Of a stretch of 64,000 bases of DNA, positions 62,228 through 64,000 are shown piece by piece. Within the stretch, counting starts at the first letter, position 1; every line of letters starts with the position of its first letter. Both the position numbers and the translations under genes were made by a program. The stretch covers positions 373 to 64,372 of the forward strand of contig DASZZO010000053.1 of NCBI GenBank assembly GCA_035544915.1, read 5' to 3'. Source of the DNA: Gemmatimonadaceae bacterium (lineage in GTDB: Bacteria; Gemmatimonadota; Gemmatimonadetes; Gemmatimonadales; Gemmatimonadaceae). Below the pieces are notes generated by a model, which saw nothing but the letters and a program-made list of their open reading frames with translations, was not told the origin of the DNA and searched no databases.

Positions 62228-64000
62228 CTAGGCTGAGGCCACCGGCCCGAGCTGCAGCGCGTGCAGCCGGGCATAGGTCCCACCCGCGGCCAGTAACGAT
62301 GCGTGTGTGCCACGTTCCACGACGCTCCCACGATCGAGCACAAGGATCTGCGTGGCGTGCGTCACGGTCGACAGCCGGTGCGCGATGACGAAGACGGTGC
62401 GTCCTGCCAGCAGCCGGTCGATCGCCTCCTGCACCAGGCGTTCGCTCTCCGTGTCGAGAGCGGAGGTGGCCTCGTCGAGAATGAGGATCGGAGGATCGGT
62501 AAGAAGCGCCCGGGCGATTGCGATGCGCTGCCGCTGGCCGCCCGAGAGCCGCGCACCGCGCTCGCCGAGCGTCGTGGCGTACGCGAGCGGCAGCTCGGTG
62601 ATGAACTCGTGGGCGTTGGCGGCTCGCGCCGCAGCCTCGACCTGCGCTTCCGTGTACCGGTCGAGCCCGCCGTAGGCGATGTTGGCGCGCACGGTGTCGT
62701 TGAACAGCACCGTGTCCTGGCTCACGATCCCGGTGAGCGCGCGGAGCGATGGCAGCCGGATCTCGCGGGTGTCCACGCCATCGAGCGTGATGCAACCTTG
62801 GGTAGGCTCGATGAACCTCGGGATGAGGTCGACGAGCGTGCTCTTGCCCGCGCCGCTCGCCCCGACGAGCGCGATCACCTCGCCGCGGCGGGCGGTGAAG
62901 CTCACGTCGCGCAGGACGGCGTCGCCGCCATACGAAAAACTCACGCCGCTGAATACGATGGCGTCGCTCAGGGTGCGCGCCTCGCGAGTTCCCCGGTCCC
63001 GCTGCGCCTCAGTTGACTCGTCGAGAATCTCGAACAGCCGTTCCGCCGCCGCGAGCGACTGCTGGGCAATGGTGGGCGCCTGCGAGAGCTGCTTGAGCGG
63101 CGGGAGGAGCCGCATGACGTAGATCATGAAGGTGACGAGCACGCCGGCGTCGAGCTTCCCCGCAAAGACCTCGCGCGCGCCTACGCCAAGCACCACCATC
63201 GCCACGACAGTCGCCAGCACCTCCGTCAGCGGACCGGACAGGAGCGACATGCGCGTAATGCGCACCATGCCGCCCGTGTAGCCGCCGCTGGCCGAGGTAA
63301 AGCGCTGGTCCTCGTATCCCTCGCCGCGAAAGCTCTTCACGAGACGAATGCCGGTGATGACTTCCTGCAGCACGCTCGTGATTTCGCCGTATTCGTTGCG
63401 GAGCCTCCGGTGTCCCGCGCGCAGCCGCCTGAGCAGCGGCTGCAACGCAATCGAGATGAGCGGCGCGATCACGAGTGACATGAGCGCGAGGCGGGGCGAC
63501 ATGGCGACGAGAAAGACGATCGTGACGATGACCTGCGCCAGGTTCTGGATGCTGCGGGTGGCGACCTCCGCCAGGATTGCCTTCGCCTGTTCCGTGTCCG
63601 CAAGGATGCGGGCCATGATCTGGCCCGCCCTGGTGCGCGAAAACCACGAGAGCGGCAGGCGCTGCATGTGGCGGAACACGGCGTCGCGCAGGTCCCGCGT
63701 GAGTCGTTCCTGCAGCGATGCGCCGAGCTGTCCACCGAACCACAGGAATACGTTCTTGGCGATGACGATCGCGATGATCACCAGGCTCACGCCGGTGAGC
63801 GATGCCATCCGGTCGTCCGGCACCAGGAGCCACCCGACCGCGGCGTTCAGCAGGCGCGTGACCAGGGCGCTGGCAATCGGGATCTGGTTCTGCCGCCCGA
63901 ACAGCAGGTTCAGGAACGGAATCAGCAGCAGGAACGCGAGGCCATCGAGCATGGCGCCGGCGATGTTGGCCAGGATGTTGCCTGCCAGCCGCGCCCAGTG
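62228..64000 (-). CDS. msbA: ABC exporter, fused permease/ATPase (MsbA-like lipid A flippase), 5' end beyond window
   Basis: Six-TM exporter domain, then Walker A GASGAGKSTL, signature LSGGQRQRIAIARA and Walker B ILILDEATSALD. The frame remains open to position 64000. Confidence 0.85.
   Translation of the reverse strand, partial: HWARLAGNILANIAGAMLDGLAFLLLIPFLNLLFGRQNQIPIASALVTRLLNAAVGWLLVPDDRMASLTGVSLVIIAIVIAKNVFLWFGGQLGASLQERLTRDLRDAVFRHMQRLPLSWFSRTRAGQIMARILADTEQAKAILAEVATRSIQNLAQVIVTIVFLVAMSPRLALMSLVIAPLISIALQPLLRRLRAGHRRLRNEYGEITSVLQEVITGIRLVKSFRGEGYEDQRFTSASGGYTGGMVRITRMSLLSGPLTEVLATVVAMVVLGVGAREVFAGKLDAGVLVTFMIYVMRLLPPLKQLSQAPTIAQQSLAAAERLFEILDESTEAQRDRGTREARTLSDAIVFSGVSFSYGGDAVLRDVSFTARRGEVIALVGASGAGKSTLVDLIPRFIEPTQGCITLDGVDTREIRLPSLRALTGIVSQDTVLFNDTVRANIAYGGLDRYTEAQVEAAARAANAHEFITELPLAYATTLGERGARLSGGQRQRIAIARALLTDPPILILDEATSALDTESERLVQEAIDRLLAGRTVFVIAHRLSTVTHATQILVLDRGSVVERGTHASLLAAGGTYARLHALQLGPVASA

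Overview
This is a high-GC bacterial chromosomal segment. The gene content includes a SusC/SusD pair, an ADOP-type duplicated MacB-like permease, an IVS-type four-helix-bundle gene and Tat-signal TldD/PmbA. It looks most like Gemmatimonadota or Acidobacteriota, which is inference only. I call about 55 protein genes and one tRNA-Arg(CCG). I see no rRNA, CRISPR array, integrase or transposase.

Layout:
- 1-12.3 kb: a pectin/hexuronate utilisation locus with a GH28+CE8 fusion enzyme, SusD, SusC, ExuT-like MFS transporter, UxuA, KdgK and Eda, plus a translationally coupled arylamine N-acetyltransferase.
- 12.5-15.8 kb: a small membrane ORF and a split LigD (phosphoesterase-ligase gene plus a separate polymerase gene). 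No Ku gene is present in the window.
- 15.7-21.8 kb: a VIT-family transporter, a VOC dioxygenase-like protein, an S9 peptidase and an M55 peptidase.
- 21.8-30.4 kb, minus strand: one gene string of MacA-like adaptor, ABC ATPase, ADOP permease, four-helix-bundle gene, second ABC ATPase, sigma-54-dependent response regulator and histidine kinase. A good -24/-12 sigma-54 promoter match lies upstream.
- 31.5-36.8 kb: housekeeping genes (tRNA-Arg, rho, ruvX, mltG, aroH, an rlmI-like gene).
- 37-47 kb: pmbA/tldD, tdh-kbl, mpg and a NYN-LOTUS protein.
- 46.4-52.6 kb: a second sigma-54 two-component system followed by an Omp85-like barrel and secreted proteins.
- 52.7-64 kb: HNH endonuclease, amidohydrolase, PBP1A, tyrS and a lipid A/envelope cluster (class V aminotransferase, LpxL-family acyltransferase, glycosyltransferase, MsbA-like exporter cut by the window edge).

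Most interesting signals:
- A dispersed family of GAGAGTTGAGAG-type inverted-repeat elements sits exactly at gene junctions. One full-length copy carries a four-helix-bundle (23S rRNA IVS/Avd-family) ORF between arms of about 55 nt. At least two copies have lost the ORF but keep a remnant of its 3' end.
- A strictly phased array of 20 x 21 bp degenerate repeats fills the tyrS/aminotransferase spacer.
- Several unannotated micro-ORFs are present, along with one gene that appears to lack a canonical start codon.

All similarity statements are by-eye motif recognition. No database search or folding calculation was run.
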